Source of the DNA: a virus
Taxonomy: Duplodnaviria; Caudoviricetes
DNA length: 64,000 nucleotides
Strand: one strand, 5' to 3'
Virus record (IMG/VR): IMGVR_UViG_3300029319_000001
Position 1 is the first letter of the stretch; the number at the start of each line of letters is the position of its first letter. The notes beneath the pieces were generated by a model. The model worked only from the letters and a program-made list of their open reading frames with translations. It made no database searches and was not told the DNA's origin. A program made the translations under genes and the position numbers. Below are positions 28,285 through 37,588 of this stretch, one piece after another.

Positions 28285-30507
28285 ATGCTTCACGAAATTA
28301 AAGGTAAACTTGCCAAACTCCTAGCAACAGAAAATTTGATCATCGAGCATAGAGATGTGACTACTGCATCTTTCGATGTAGAGCGTAGAGTTCTTACTCT
28401 ACCAATGTGGAAAATTAATTCTGAAGATGTATATGATCTTCTAGTAGCACATGAGGTTGGTCATGCACTTTATACTGACCCTCGTAACTGGTTCATGGAA
28501 GATGAGTACAAAGATCTTAATCCATCTTTAGTAAACATCACAGAAGATGCTCGTATTGAGAAGTTAATGAAGAGAAGATATGCAGGTCTAAACAAAACAT
28601 TCAGTAGAGGATATACACAGTTAAATGATGATGATTTCTTTGAGACTCAAGGTGAAGATCTTGCATCATATAGTTTCCCTGATCGTATCAATCTATGGTT
28701 CAAAGTAGGTGCATTCTTAAACATCAAGTTCTCTAACAAAGAGAAAGAGATTGTAGATATTATAGGTAAGTCTGAAACATTTGATGATGCATTACAAGCA
28801 GCAAAAAGACTAAGTGCTTTTATCGAAGAGAACCAAACTAAAGATCTAGAGTTTGTAGAGAAAGTAGTTTCAAAAGAAGGTGTTGCTCAAGGTGGTCTTT
28901 CTAATCCTATGGATTTAGATGACTTACTAAATGAGTTAGCAGAGAAATCAGAAGAAGAGAAAGAAGAAACAACAGGTGAAGGTAACAATCTTAAACCAGA
29001 AGATATAGATGGAGATTTCGATCTTGATGATACTGAAGCAGATGATGACGATGATATACAAGATCTTAACTTCAGAGGTACAACAGGTGGTACTCATGCT
29101 ACTAATGATTTTGAGACTAAAACTGTAGACTCACTAGCAGAAAAATTAGAAGAACTAGCAGGTAAGTATGACCCTAATCGTGAGACACCAGTTTATCTAA
29201 GTCTTCCAAAAATTGATGTCAATAGAACTGTAGTTCCTGTAGATGAGATTCACTCATATATTGAAGATGATTGGAATACCTATGAAGAGAGAATGGGTGA
29301 AGATCTTGCAAGATATGGTGGTGCTAATTGGGTAAAAGAATGGCACAAAGAGTCTGAAGACGCATATCAAAAGTTCAAGAGATCAACTGGTAAAGAAGTT
29401 AGTTATCTTGTTAAAGAGTTTGAAATGAAAAAAGCAGCATCTGCATATGCTCGTGCTGCGACTTCTAAAACTGGAGTTCTTGATTGCTTAAAACTACACC
29501 AGTACAAGTATAACGATGACATATTCAAGAAGATTACAGTTCTTCCTGATGGTAAGAATCATGGCTTGGTTTTTGTACTAGATTGGTCTGGTTCTATGGC
29601 AGATGTGTTACTAAACACTGTAAAACAGATGTACAATTTGATATGGTTTTCTCGCAAAGTCGGCATCCCATATGAGGTTTACGCATTTACTAACGAGTGG
29701 TACTACTATGGTATGAAAGATGATAGACCTGCTCGTGAAGAGCAAGGTGCAGATGAATTATACATTGAAGATCATTTCTGTTTGATGAATCTTCTTAGTA
29801 GCAACTGTAATGCTAAAGAATGTGAGAGACAGATGTTGAATATCTGGAAGATAGCAGAAGGTTTTCATACTAGACATGGTGTTACTCCTAGAAGAATGTC
29901 ACTATCTGGCACTCCTTTAAATGAAGCATTAATTTCTCTTCATGAGATCATCCCTCAGTTCCAAAAGAATACTGGAGTTGAGAAAGTAAACTGTGTTGTA
30001 CTTACTGATGGTGAAGCAAGTTCACTTTGTAGAACTGCAATGGTTCAGCGTGATTGGGAAGAGAGACCAGAATTGCGTCATAAGCATATTCGTAGCAACT
30101 GTTTCCTAAGACACAATGGTTATACTCGTAGGTTGAGTGACATTTATTTCAAGTTTACTAAGGTCTTATTAGAAGATCTTAAGTCATCTTTCCCTCAAGT
30201 TAATTTTGTAGGATTCCGTTTACTTGGTGCCAGAGATCTTTCATCTATGATCTCTCACTACATTCCTGATTTTGACGGTAGAGATCGTGCTCGTGCTGAT
30301 TGGAAAAAGCATAAGTCCTTCACTATCAAGAATCAAGGATACGATTCATTCTTTGTTCTTTCTTCCAACAATCTTTCAAATACTACTGAGTTTGAAGTTG
30401 CTGAGGATGCAACCAAAGCACAAATCAGATCTGCTTTTAAAAAGTCTTTCACTAACAAAAAGATGAACAAAAAAGTATTAGGCGAATTCGTTGAGATGGT
30501 CGCTTAA
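28285..30507 (+). CDS. CobT-like metallopeptidase-motif / vWA-domain protein
   Basis: HEVGH motif, NITEDARIE, vWA MIDAS LDWSGSM, SGTPLNEA, VLTDGE. Confidence 0.88.
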   Translation: MLHEIKGKLAKLLATENLIIEHRDVTTASFDVERRVLTLPMWKINSEDVYDLLVAHEVGHALYTDPRNWFMEDEYKDLNPSLVNITEDARIEKLMKRRYAGLNKTFSRGYTQLNDDDFFETQGEDLASYSFPDRINLWFKVGAFLNIKFSNKEKEIVDIIGKSETFDDALQAAKRLSAFIEENQTKDLEFVEKVVSKEGVAQGGLSNPMDLDDLLNELAEKSEEEKEETTGEGNNLKPEDIDGDFDLDDTEADDDDDIQDLNFRGTTGGTHATNDFETKTVDSLAEKLEELAGKYDPNRETPVYLSLPKIDVNRTVVPVDEIHSYIEDDWNTYEERMGEDLARYGGANWVKEWHKESEDAYQKFKRSTGKEVSYLVKEFEMKKAASAYARAATSKTGVLDCLKLHQYKYNDDIFKKITVLPDGKNHGLVFVLDWSGSMADVLLNTVKQMYNLIWFSRKVGIPYEVYAFTNEWYYYGMKDDRPAREEQGADELYIEDHFCLMNLLSSNCNAKECERQMLNIWKIAEGFHTRHGVTPRRMSLSGTPLNEALISLHEIIPQFQKNTGVEKVNCVVLTDGEASSLCRTAMVQRDWEERPELRHKHIRSNCFLRHNGYTRRLSDIYFKFTKVLLEDLKSSFPQVNFVGFRLLGARDLSSMISHYIPDFDGRDRARADWKKHKSFTIKNQGYDSFFVLSSNNLSNTTEFEVAEDATKAQIRSAFKKSFTNKKMNKKVLGEFVEMVA

Positions 30508-30512
30508 CAAAC

Positions 30513-30573
30513 TGTCCACTTGGGGGTTTATTCCCCCTTGTTTTACAGTATAATATATACATATACGAGACAA
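30513..30573 (+). promoter_or_regulatory. Repeated hairpin/promoter cassette, copy 2
   Basis: TGTCCACTTG + GGGGG/CCCCC hairpin + TATAAT (30549) + ACGAGACAA before ATG. Confidence 0.65.
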
Positions 30574-30577
30574 CATT

Positions 30578-31663
30578 ATGGCTTTCCAAGCAAAATTTTC
30601 AAACGAAGACTTGATTTCATTCTTAACAAAAAACGATACTGTTAAGGAAGTTACTAGTAAGCAAATAAATGAAGCAGCAGCACACTTTGATGTACAAGTG
30701 CAAAGCGTTACAAAGCGTGTCAACAAACTTAAAGAGTTCCGTAAAGTTACTCGTGGTAAGTGGACATTAACTGTGGCAGAAGCACTAGAGAAAAATTATT
30801 CAGCACCTTCTGCTCAACCAGTACAGAGTCTAAATCTTATTCCAGATACAGATGATCACTTTGTTAAATTTGGCAACTTCAATGATATCAGAAAGATCAT
30901 TAAGTCCAAGGTATTCTATCCTGCATTCATCACAGGTCTATCAGGTAATGGTAAGACCTTCTCTGTAGAACAAGCATGTGCTCAAACAAAGAGAGAGTTT
31001 ATTCGTGTTAACATCACAATCGAAACAGACGAAGATGATCTTATTGGTGGTTTCCGTCTTGTCAATGGTAGCACAGTATGGCATAACGGTCCAGTTGTCG
31101 AAGCATTGGAGAGAGGAGCTGTCCTCCTTTTAGATGAGATCGATCTAGCATCTAACAAGATACTATGTTTACAATCTATCCTAGAAGGTAAAGGAGTATT
31201 CCTTAAAAAGATTGGTAGGCATGTTCTTCCTGCTAAGGGATTCAATGTTATTGCTACTGCCAACACAAAAGGTAAAGGTTCTGACGATGGTAGATTCATC
31301 GGTACTAATGTTCTTAACGAAGCATTCCTTGAGAGATTCCCAGTAACATTTGAGCAATCATATCCTAGTGTTTCTATCGAGCAAAAGATTCTTGAGAAAG
31401 AGTGTGAAGATATTCCATTCTGCAAGCATCTAGTAGATTGGGCAGACATCATTCGTAAGACATTCTTTGACGGTGGTGTTGATGAGATCATCTCAACTCG
31501 TAGGTTAGTTCATATTGTTCGTGCCTATGCTATCTGGGGTGACAAACTCAAAGCAATCCAAGTTTGCTTAAATCGTTTCGATGATGAAACAAAATCTGCT
31601 TTCCTTGACTTATATGATAAGGTAGATGCAGATGTAGATCTTAAATCTGAAGATGCTAATTAA
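30578..31663 (+). CDS. cobS: CobS/MoxR-like AAA+ ATPase
   Basis: GLSGNGKT, LLLDEID, ATANTKGKG, LNEAFLERF, ISTRRL. Confidence 0.9.
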   Translation: MAFQAKFSNEDLISFLTKNDTVKEVTSKQINEAAAHFDVQVQSVTKRVNKLKEFRKVTRGKWTLTVAEALEKNYSAPSAQPVQSLNLIPDTDDHFVKFGNFNDIRKIIKSKVFYPAFITGLSGNGKTFSVEQACAQTKREFIRVNITIETDEDDLIGGFRLVNGSTVWHNGPVVEALERGAVLLLDEIDLASNKILCLQSILEGKGVFLKKIGRHVLPAKGFNVIATANTKGKGSDDGRFIGTNVLNEAFLERFPVTFEQSYPSVSIEQKILEKECEDIPFCKHLVDWADIIRKTFFDGGVDEIISTRRLVHIVRAYAIWGDKLKAIQVCLNRFDDETKSAFLDLYDKVDADVDLKSEDAN

Positions 31664-32294
31664 ACCTTTTGGTCCTTTGATATTACATGAAGTGATATCA
31701 GAGGACTTTTTAAATTTTCTTGTTGATGCATCTGTCCAAACAAAAATTAAAAATGAAAATGTTGGATGGGATTTAGCAGGTAATATAGATGATCAATTAC
31801 AATGTGAACTTGATCCTGATAGATTTGTGAAGGAAATTTATCCTCACATTTTTAGGTATATGGCAGGATGTTTACAAAGAAGAAATCAAGATATGTTAGG
31901 ACAACCAGATCCACCAATGTCAAGACTTACTTTTAATTGTGGTAATGGTCCTTGGATGAATTTTCAAAAGAAAAATGAATTCAATCCTGTTCATGTTCAC
32001 AGTGGTGAACTTTCTTCTATTATAATGATTGATGTTCCCAAAGAGATAGAAGAAGAATCTGATGCTGTTAAGGACAAAACTAATATGCCTTGTCCTGGTC
32101 AGTTAGAATTTCTTGACGGTCCTTCTGGATACATGTATACTGGAAGTTATAAAGTAGTTCCTAGGACAGGTGACATATTTGTATTCCCTGCACAGTTAAA
32201 ACATACTGTGTATCCATTTACAAGTGATGTTACTAGGATAACTATGAGTTATAATATATTCAACATACAAGTTGACTCAAATATTAGGGAGTGA
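31653..32294 (+). CDS. 2OG-Fe(II) oxygenase (TIGR02466-like)
   Basis: WMNFQKKNEFNPVHVHSG...FPAQLKHTVYPF...RITMSYN. Confidence 0.85.
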   Translation: MLIKPFGPLILHEVISEDFLNFLVDASVQTKIKNENVGWDLAGNIDDQLQCELDPDRFVKEIYPHIFRYMAGCLQRRNQDMLGQPDPPMSRLTFNCGNGPWMNFQKKNEFNPVHVHSGELSSIIMIDVPKEIEEESDAVKDKTNMPCPGQLEFLDGPSGYMYTGSYKVVPRTGDIFVFPAQLKHTVYPFTSDVTRITMSYNIFNIQVDSNIRE

Positions 32295-32300
32295 TATAAT
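32272..32300 (+). promoter_or_regulatory. Sigma70 promoter TTGACT-N17-TATAAT, copy 1
   Basis: ttgactcaaatattagggagtgatataat. Confidence 0.75.
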
Positions 32301-32871
32301 GTTGGTAGAAGGAGGAGGATTATTTTTATCTGAATTTTATTTAATTTTTCCTGCCCCTAATGCAGATGAGTTAATATCTACAATTGAAAATGTATGTAAC
32401 ACTAAAGAAGTAAATAACGATTACTTTGAATGGGGAGAACATTGTACAGTTGATAGAATACCACTTGAAAATAACAATTTTGAATATCTGTTAGAACCAA
32501 GTATAAAAATCTTTGGTAATAAATTAGAAAAAGATTTTGATTATACATTGTATGACCCTTGGTTAAATTTGTATAAGAAAGGTTATTTTCAAGAGATTCA
32601 TGATCACTCAGGACATGATATTTCATGTGTATTTTTTGCAAATGATGGGATTGATTTTGGAAAATTATTTTTTATAGATAGAAATTCTTGTAACTTTTCA
32701 GAAGAGTATGAAGATTTAATATCTTATTCAGATACTCATGAACCATCAGTTAGAAAAGGAGATATAATTTTTTTTCCTAGTCATGTTTTACATGGAGTTC
32801 GTCCACATAAAAATAATGAAATAAGAAAAACTCTCTCTTTTAATTTTAACATTAAAGAAGTATATGGTTGA
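32299..32871 (+). CDS. 2OG-Fe(II) oxygenase (TIGR02466-like)
   Basis: WLNLYKKGYFQEIHDH...FPSHVLHGV...RKTLSFN; start uncertain. Confidence 0.85.
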   Translation: MLVEGGGLFLSEFYLIFPAPNADELISTIENVCNTKEVNNDYFEWGEHCTVDRIPLENNNFEYLLEPSIKIFGNKLEKDFDYTLYDPWLNLYKKGYFQEIHDHSGHDISCVFFANDGIDFGKLFFIDRNSCNFSEEYEDLISYSDTHEPSVRKGDIIFFPSHVLHGVRPHKNNEIRKTLSFNFNIKEVYG

Positions 32872-32896
32872 CTCAAACACTTAGGAGTGATATAAT
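32868..32896 (+). promoter_or_regulatory. Sigma70 promoter TTGACT-N17-TATAAT, copy 2
   Basis: ttgactcaaacacttaggagtgatataat. Confidence 0.75.
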
Positions 32897-33380
32897 GGTA
32901 AATGCATGGAGTCTAGCAGCATCTATACTAGACGGAACCTTTGAGGAGGATTACCCACTTATGAATGATGATGATCTAGAATGGATCGAAAGAACTGGTG
33001 GGTTTGAATGGACTCCTGGTTCGCCATGGCCACCAGAAGAACCTGCAGATATAGATGACCAGTATATGCATCATTTTACTGAAGGGAAATCAACATACAC
33101 AATCGCTGAAGAATCTCCTGAGTACAAGTACAACGAAGATGAGATATTAGATAGTATGAAAGAGTATATTGGAAAAACATATTCCAAACATTACTCTAAT
33201 AAAATACAAACTCTAGATCTTATTGATTCTGTTGGGGATGCATCAGCATTCTGTCGTAGTAACATACTTAAGTATGCATCTCGATATGATAAAAAAGGAA
33301 CAGCAAAACTTGACATACAGAAGATAATACACTATGCTGTATTATTATACCACTTTGAAGAATTAGACAAGGACTCTTAA
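32895..33380 (+). CDS. DUF3310-like protein upstream of sliding clamp
   Basis: YSKHY...IQTLDLI...FCRSNILKYASRYDKKG...KIIHYAVLL; start uncertain. Confidence 0.75.
   Translation: MVNAWSLAASILDGTFEEDYPLMNDDDLEWIERTGGFEWTPGSPWPPEEPADIDDQYMHHFTEGKSTYTIAEESPEYKYNEDEILDSMKEYIGKTYSKHYSNKIQTLDLIDSVGDASAFCRSNILKYASRYDKKGTAKLDIQKIIHYAVLLYHFEELDKDS
33310..33338 (+). promoter_or_regulatory. Sigma70-type promoter for gp45
   Basis: TTGACA-N17-TATGCT within the end of the upstream gene. Confidence 0.55.
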
Positions 33381-33383
33381 CCA

Positions 33384-34061
33384 ATGGATATGAAACTATC
33401 TGAAAAAACTATCGACCTCTTAGAAAACTTTTCTTCTATTAATCAATCTATTTTGGTTAAAAAAGGATCTAAACTTCGTACAATATCTGTGATGAAGAAC
33501 ATCCTTGCAGAGGCAGAAGTTGATGAAAACTTTGAAAAAGAATTTGGGATATATGATCTCCCACAGTTCTTAAATGGTGTCAATCTTATGAATGACCCAG
33601 ACATCGATCTTAGGAATGAGTCTTATATGATTCTTCGTGAAGGTGAAACAACCAAAGTAAAATTTGCTTTTGCTGATCCTGAGGTGATCATATCTCCACC
33701 AGAGAAAGGTATTGAATTAACTAACCCTGATGTATCATTCCAGTTGGATAGTATTCAACTTCAGAAGTTGCTTAAGGCATCTTCAATATATCAGTTGCCA
33801 GATCTTGCTGCTGTTGGTAATGGGAAGAATATTACTTTGACAGTTCGTGACAAGAAGAATGATAACTCTAATGAGTTTTCTCTTGTTGTTGGGGAGACCG
33901 ACAGTATATTTGAATTTAATTTCAAGATTGAAAATATCAAGTTGATTCCTGGTTCATATGAAGTTCAAATTTCTAGAAAGAATCTTGCTAAGTTTACCAA
34001 CAGCAAGTATAATTTAGATTACTTTATAGCATTGGAACCAGATTCAACATATGCGGATTGA
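33384..34061 (+). CDS. gp45: Sliding clamp gp45
   Basis: MKLSEKTIDLLENFSSINQSI...FGIYDLPQFL...YFIALE. Confidence 0.96.
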   Translation: MDMKLSEKTIDLLENFSSINQSILVKKGSKLRTISVMKNILAEAEVDENFEKEFGIYDLPQFLNGVNLMNDPDIDLRNESYMILREGETTKVKFAFADPEVIISPPEKGIELTNPDVSFQLDSIQLQKLLKASSIYQLPDLAAVGNGKNITLTVRDKKNDNSNEFSLVVGETDSIFEFNFKIENIKLIPGSYEVQISRKNLAKFTNSKYNLDYFIALEPDSTYAD

Positions 34062-34584
34062 GTCATTACCACTTTTTAGTGTTTATATCCATAAGGTTAA
34101 TATAACTGAATGGAAAAAAGAAGGGAACCGTATATTGTCTATGGTTCCCTTTAACAGCAGTACAAATTTTCAACACACGCATATTGATTACACAGACTAC
34201 TTTAATAAATCAGCACCTCCATATGCCGAAGATTTTTTAAAGATTACACAACCGTATCTAGATGAATTTTTAAAAATTTCTCAGTACAAATTTACTCATG
34301 TAAGTGGTCTTTGGTGTCAAAGATATAAGAGCAGAGATTATCATGTTCCTCATGATCATGGCACTGTTGGTTATTCTTGTGTATTTTATGCTAGAATAAA
34401 CCCAAAGGTACATAAAAGTACTTTGTTCTTTTCACCGTTTGCAGCAGAATCTGGTAGTCGTGATACTAATTCTATTGCAGTTGAAGAAGGTGACTTGGTA
34501 ATCTTCCCAAGTGGTTTGTTGCATATGGCACCACCACATGATAGTAACCAAGATCGTATTATTATTTCATTGAATCTTTTGTAA
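34051..34584 (+). CDS. 2OG-Fe(II) oxygenase (TIGR02466-like) between gp45 and gp44
   Basis: HVPHDHG...EGDLVIFPSGLLHMAPPH...RIIISLN. Confidence 0.85.
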   Translation: MRIESLPLFSVYIHKVNITEWKKEGNRILSMVPFNSSTNFQHTHIDYTDYFNKSAPPYAEDFLKITQPYLDEFLKISQYKFTHVSGLWCQRYKSRDYHVPHDHGTVGYSCVFYARINPKVHKSTLFFSPFAAESGSRDTNSIAVEEGDLVIFPSGLLHMAPPHDSNQDRIIISLNLL

Positions 34585-35528
34585 TGAAAACTGAATTTCT
34601 TTGGGTCGAAAAGTATAGACCCAAGACTATAGATGAGTGTATACTTCCTGATAGTATAAAGAATACTTTTCAGAAGTTTGTAGATAAAGGTGAGATACCT
34701 AATTTATTACTTGCTGGTCCTGCAGGATGTGGTAAGACAACTATTGCAAGAGCACTTTGTGAACAATTATCATGCGACTACATTATTATTAATGGATCTG
34801 ATGAAGGTAGGTTTCTTGATACTGTAAGAAATCAGGCAAAGAATTTTGCATCAACTGTTTCTCTATCACAAACTAGCACTCATAAGGTAATCATTATTGA
34901 TGAGGCAGACAATACAACACATGATGTACAGTTATTATTAAGAGCAAACATTGAGTCTTTTTATAACAACTGTAGATTTATTTTTACTTGTAACTACAAG
35001 AATAAAATTATAGAACCATTACATTCTAGATGTGCTGTTGTAGAGTTTGGTATCAAAGGTAAAGAGAAGCAGAAAATTGCAGCATCATTTTTCCAAAGAC
35101 TCAACGAAATATTAAATGTAGAAAAAATTAAATCTGATAAGAAGGTTATTGTTGAATTAATTAACAAGCACTTTCCAGACTGGAGAAGAGTCTTAAATGA
35201 ATGCCAAAGATACTCTGTTGGTGGTATAATAGACTCAGCAATCCTTGCAGAATTTTCAGATGTAAAAGTAAATGATCTCATTAAGAAACTCAAAGAGAAG
35301 GATTTCCCATCGGTTCGGAAGTGGACGGTTTCCAATTTGGATAATGATCCTAATCTTCTCTTCCGTCGTATCTACGATGCTTTATACACATCCCTTGACG
35401 GTCCTAGTATTGCTGCTGCTGTGCTTATTATTGCTAAGTATCAATATCAGATGGCATTCGTAGCAGATCAGGAAATTAACATGCTTGCATGTCTTACCGA
35501 AATTATGGTAGAATGTAAGTTCAAGTAA
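34584..35528 (+). CDS. gp44: Clamp loader large subunit gp44
   Basis: LWVEKYRP, GPAGCGKTT, IIDEAD, SRC motif. Confidence 0.97.
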   Translation: MKTEFLWVEKYRPKTIDECILPDSIKNTFQKFVDKGEIPNLLLAGPAGCGKTTIARALCEQLSCDYIIINGSDEGRFLDTVRNQAKNFASTVSLSQTSTHKVIIIDEADNTTHDVQLLLRANIESFYNNCRFIFTCNYKNKIIEPLHSRCAVVEFGIKGKEKQKIAASFFQRLNEILNVEKIKSDKKVIVELINKHFPDWRRVLNECQRYSVGGIIDSAILAEFSDVKVNDLIKKLKEKDFPSVRKWTVSNLDNDPNLLFRRIYDALYTSLDGPSIAAAVLIIAKYQYQMAFVADQEINMLACLTEIMVECKFK

Positions 35529-35533
35529 AAATT

Positions 35534-35851
35534 ATGACTATTAAATCAAACAAATTACGCAACCAAGTTAAGAGTGGATTTTATTATCTGTTCTGGGGTG
35601 TTGCTACATGTTCTGTAGTAGCAGGACAACTCTATGTTGGTACTTCACATAGAAAATTATCAACCTCATTAGATGCATGGTTTGATAAGACTATTGCTAT
35701 CATGATACAGAAGCGTTTGATGGAACCAAGAGGATTTTATGCACCTGTTCCTAAACCAGAGGATTATGAGAATGATGGAGTACAATTCTTAAAAGATCTT
35801 GATCCTGATGATTATGTCATTTGGGAAACAATTAGTCAGGAAACTTACTAA
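35534..35851 (+). CDS. Hypothetical protein with one hydrophobic segment
   Basis: GFYYLFWGVATCSVVAGQLYVG. Confidence 0.7.
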   Translation: MTIKSNKLRNQVKSGFYYLFWGVATCSVVAGQLYVGTSHRKLSTSLDAWFDKTIAIMIQKRLMEPRGFYAPVPKPEDYENDGVQFLKDLDPDDYVIWETISQETY

Positions 35852-35938
35852 ACCTGTATATATAATACAGTATTTGAAGTGTAAGAAATATCTTACATAC
35901 ACAGACACAAATACAGACTCAAATTACAATTAAAAACT

Positions 35939-36148
35939 ATGGCTCGTAATCCTTACGAACTCCGTATGGAGTGCCTTACAATGGCAGAAAACAGACTTCA
36001 GAATCGTTTTTCTGAAGCACAAAGAAGATACGAATATCTTTCTGATATGGGTATAGAACAGGATCCTGAGGACTATCCTGTCTTTCCAACTGATGAAGAG
36101 ATTGATGCTTTAGCAGACAAGTTAGTTGCTAAAATGTCTGGAGAATAA
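35939..36148 (+). CDS. Small hypothetical protein
   Basis: MARNPYELRMECL...FPTDEEIDALADKL; structured leader upstream. Confidence 0.75.
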   Translation: MARNPYELRMECLTMAENRLQNRFSEAQRRYEYLSDMGIEQDPEDYPVFPTDEEIDALADKLVAKMSGE

Positions 36149-36152
36149 TATT

Positions 36153-36761
36153 ATGTCTCGTATAGTTCCAGTAATGCCTCCTCTATTAGAAGGAGAAATA
36201 ATAAAAGATTTTAATGCTAAAAATTGTGATCACTCTTTTAATGGTGGGGCATGTGAAAAAGCAGTAGAGATGTATCTACTAAGAAACAAAATTAACTATT
36301 CCATACCTCATATAGATCAAGGAATTGATCTTGTAATTGAGGAAGAAGGATTAGAGAGAGCACAAGTAAAAAAAGTTGTATATAAACATAGTCTTGACTA
36401 CGGAATGAAAAAGCGTGGTATAATAAAGCATAGAGCAATCTTTGACTTTAGATTCCAAACTTCTGGTAATAACTCTCCTCCTCGTACAAAAGAAAACACT
36501 GATGTTTTCTATCATGTTTTAATGACATGTTGGAGGACTCTCATCTTTAAAGTTCCAACCATAGGATTAACAACTAATCCTGATGGTGCATTTGCAAAGA
36601 TGAAAAATCCATGTCTTGATAGAGCTTCTATACAACGAAGAAGACAAGAAGGAACTGATATTAGATCATGTTTAGTATCAGCAGAGTATAGTAAACAAGT
36701 CTATCAACATTATCCAGAATTTTTTCTTCATAGACCTACTTTATTTGAACTTGCAGCATGA
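36153..36761 (+). CDS. PD-(D/E)XK-like (D...QxK) endonuclease
   Basis: GACEKAVEMYL...IDQGIDLVIE...RAQVKK...TDVFYHV pattern; likely start ATG 36153. Confidence 0.6.
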   Translation: MSRIVPVMPPLLEGEIIKDFNAKNCDHSFNGGACEKAVEMYLLRNKINYSIPHIDQGIDLVIEEEGLERAQVKKVVYKHSLDYGMKKRGIIKHRAIFDFRFQTSGNNSPPRTKENTDVFYHVLMTCWRTLIFKVPTIGLTTNPDGAFAKMKNPCLDRASIQRRRQEGTDIRSCLVSAEYSKQVYQHYPEFFLHRPTLFELAA

Positions 36762-37588
36762 AGCAATTGAAAACTCCCCTTCGTTATCCTGGTGGAAAGT
36801 CTAGAGCAGTTAAGAAATTATTTGGTTATTATCCTTATAATAAATCTGATTACAAAGAATTTCGCGAACCATTTCTAGGAGGTGGTTCGTTTGCTTTAGA
36901 ATGGACTAAAAGATTTCCTGATACTAAAGTATGGGTTAATGACTTATACGAACCATTAGCAAACTTTTGGATGGAGTTGCAGCATGATGGTGAGGCATTG
37001 CAGAACTCAGTTTGGAAAATAAAAAACTTGCATCCAGATAGAGATACTGCTAGAGAATTATTTGAACAAGCAAAAGAAGATATAAACAATAAAGGATTAA
37101 CTAATAGAGAAAGAGCAGCAGCATTTTATGTTACCAATAAGTGTAGTTTTTCTGGTCTTACTGAGTCGAGTTCTTTTTCTCCACAGGCATCAGAATCTAA
37201 TTTTTCTTATAGAGGAATTGAAAAACTAGCAGAGTATGGAAAATTAATTCAGCATTGGAAGATAACTAATAGTACATATACAGATCTCTTAACTGATGAT
37301 CCTACAGTCTTCATATATTCTGATCCACCATATGAGATATCATCAAACCTGTATGGTAGAAAAGGTGCTATGCATAAAAAGTTTGATCATGATCAGTTTG
37401 CTTCAGATTGTGATGATGCATGTGCAGATCATATAATATCTTATAATTCATCACAGTTAATTCGTGATCGTTTTGTAAATTGGAATGCATCTGAATTTGA
37501 TCACACATATACCATGAGATCAGTGGGTAAATATATGTTAGAACAAATGGATCGTAAAGAATTAGTATTGACTAACTATACAGTATGA
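36758..37588 (+). CDS. dam: DNA adenine methyltransferase (Dam / D12 class)
   Basis: LRYPGGKS, EPFLGGGS, VNDL, YSDPPY. Confidence 0.92.
   Translation: MKQLKTPLRYPGGKSRAVKKLFGYYPYNKSDYKEFREPFLGGGSFALEWTKRFPDTKVWVNDLYEPLANFWMELQHDGEALQNSVWKIKNLHPDRDTARELFEQAKEDINNKGLTNRERAAAFYVTNKCSFSGLTESSSFSPQASESNFSYRGIEKLAEYGKLIQHWKITNSTYTDLLTDDPTVFIYSDPPYEISSNLYGRKGAMHKKFDHDQFASDCDDACADHIISYNSSQLIRDRFVNWNASEFDHTYTMRSVGKYMLEQMDRKELVLTNYTV

Noticed and set aside
30982-31491. 169-aa minus-strand ORF and the many other minus-strand ORFs in the track
   Set aside because: They shadow well-conserved plus-strand genes, lack RBS or recognisable motifs, and are expected from codon bias.
30578-31663. Cobalamin biosynthesis AMG
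   Set aside because: Motifs support only a MoxR-type AAA+; no cobN or other cob genes are in the window.
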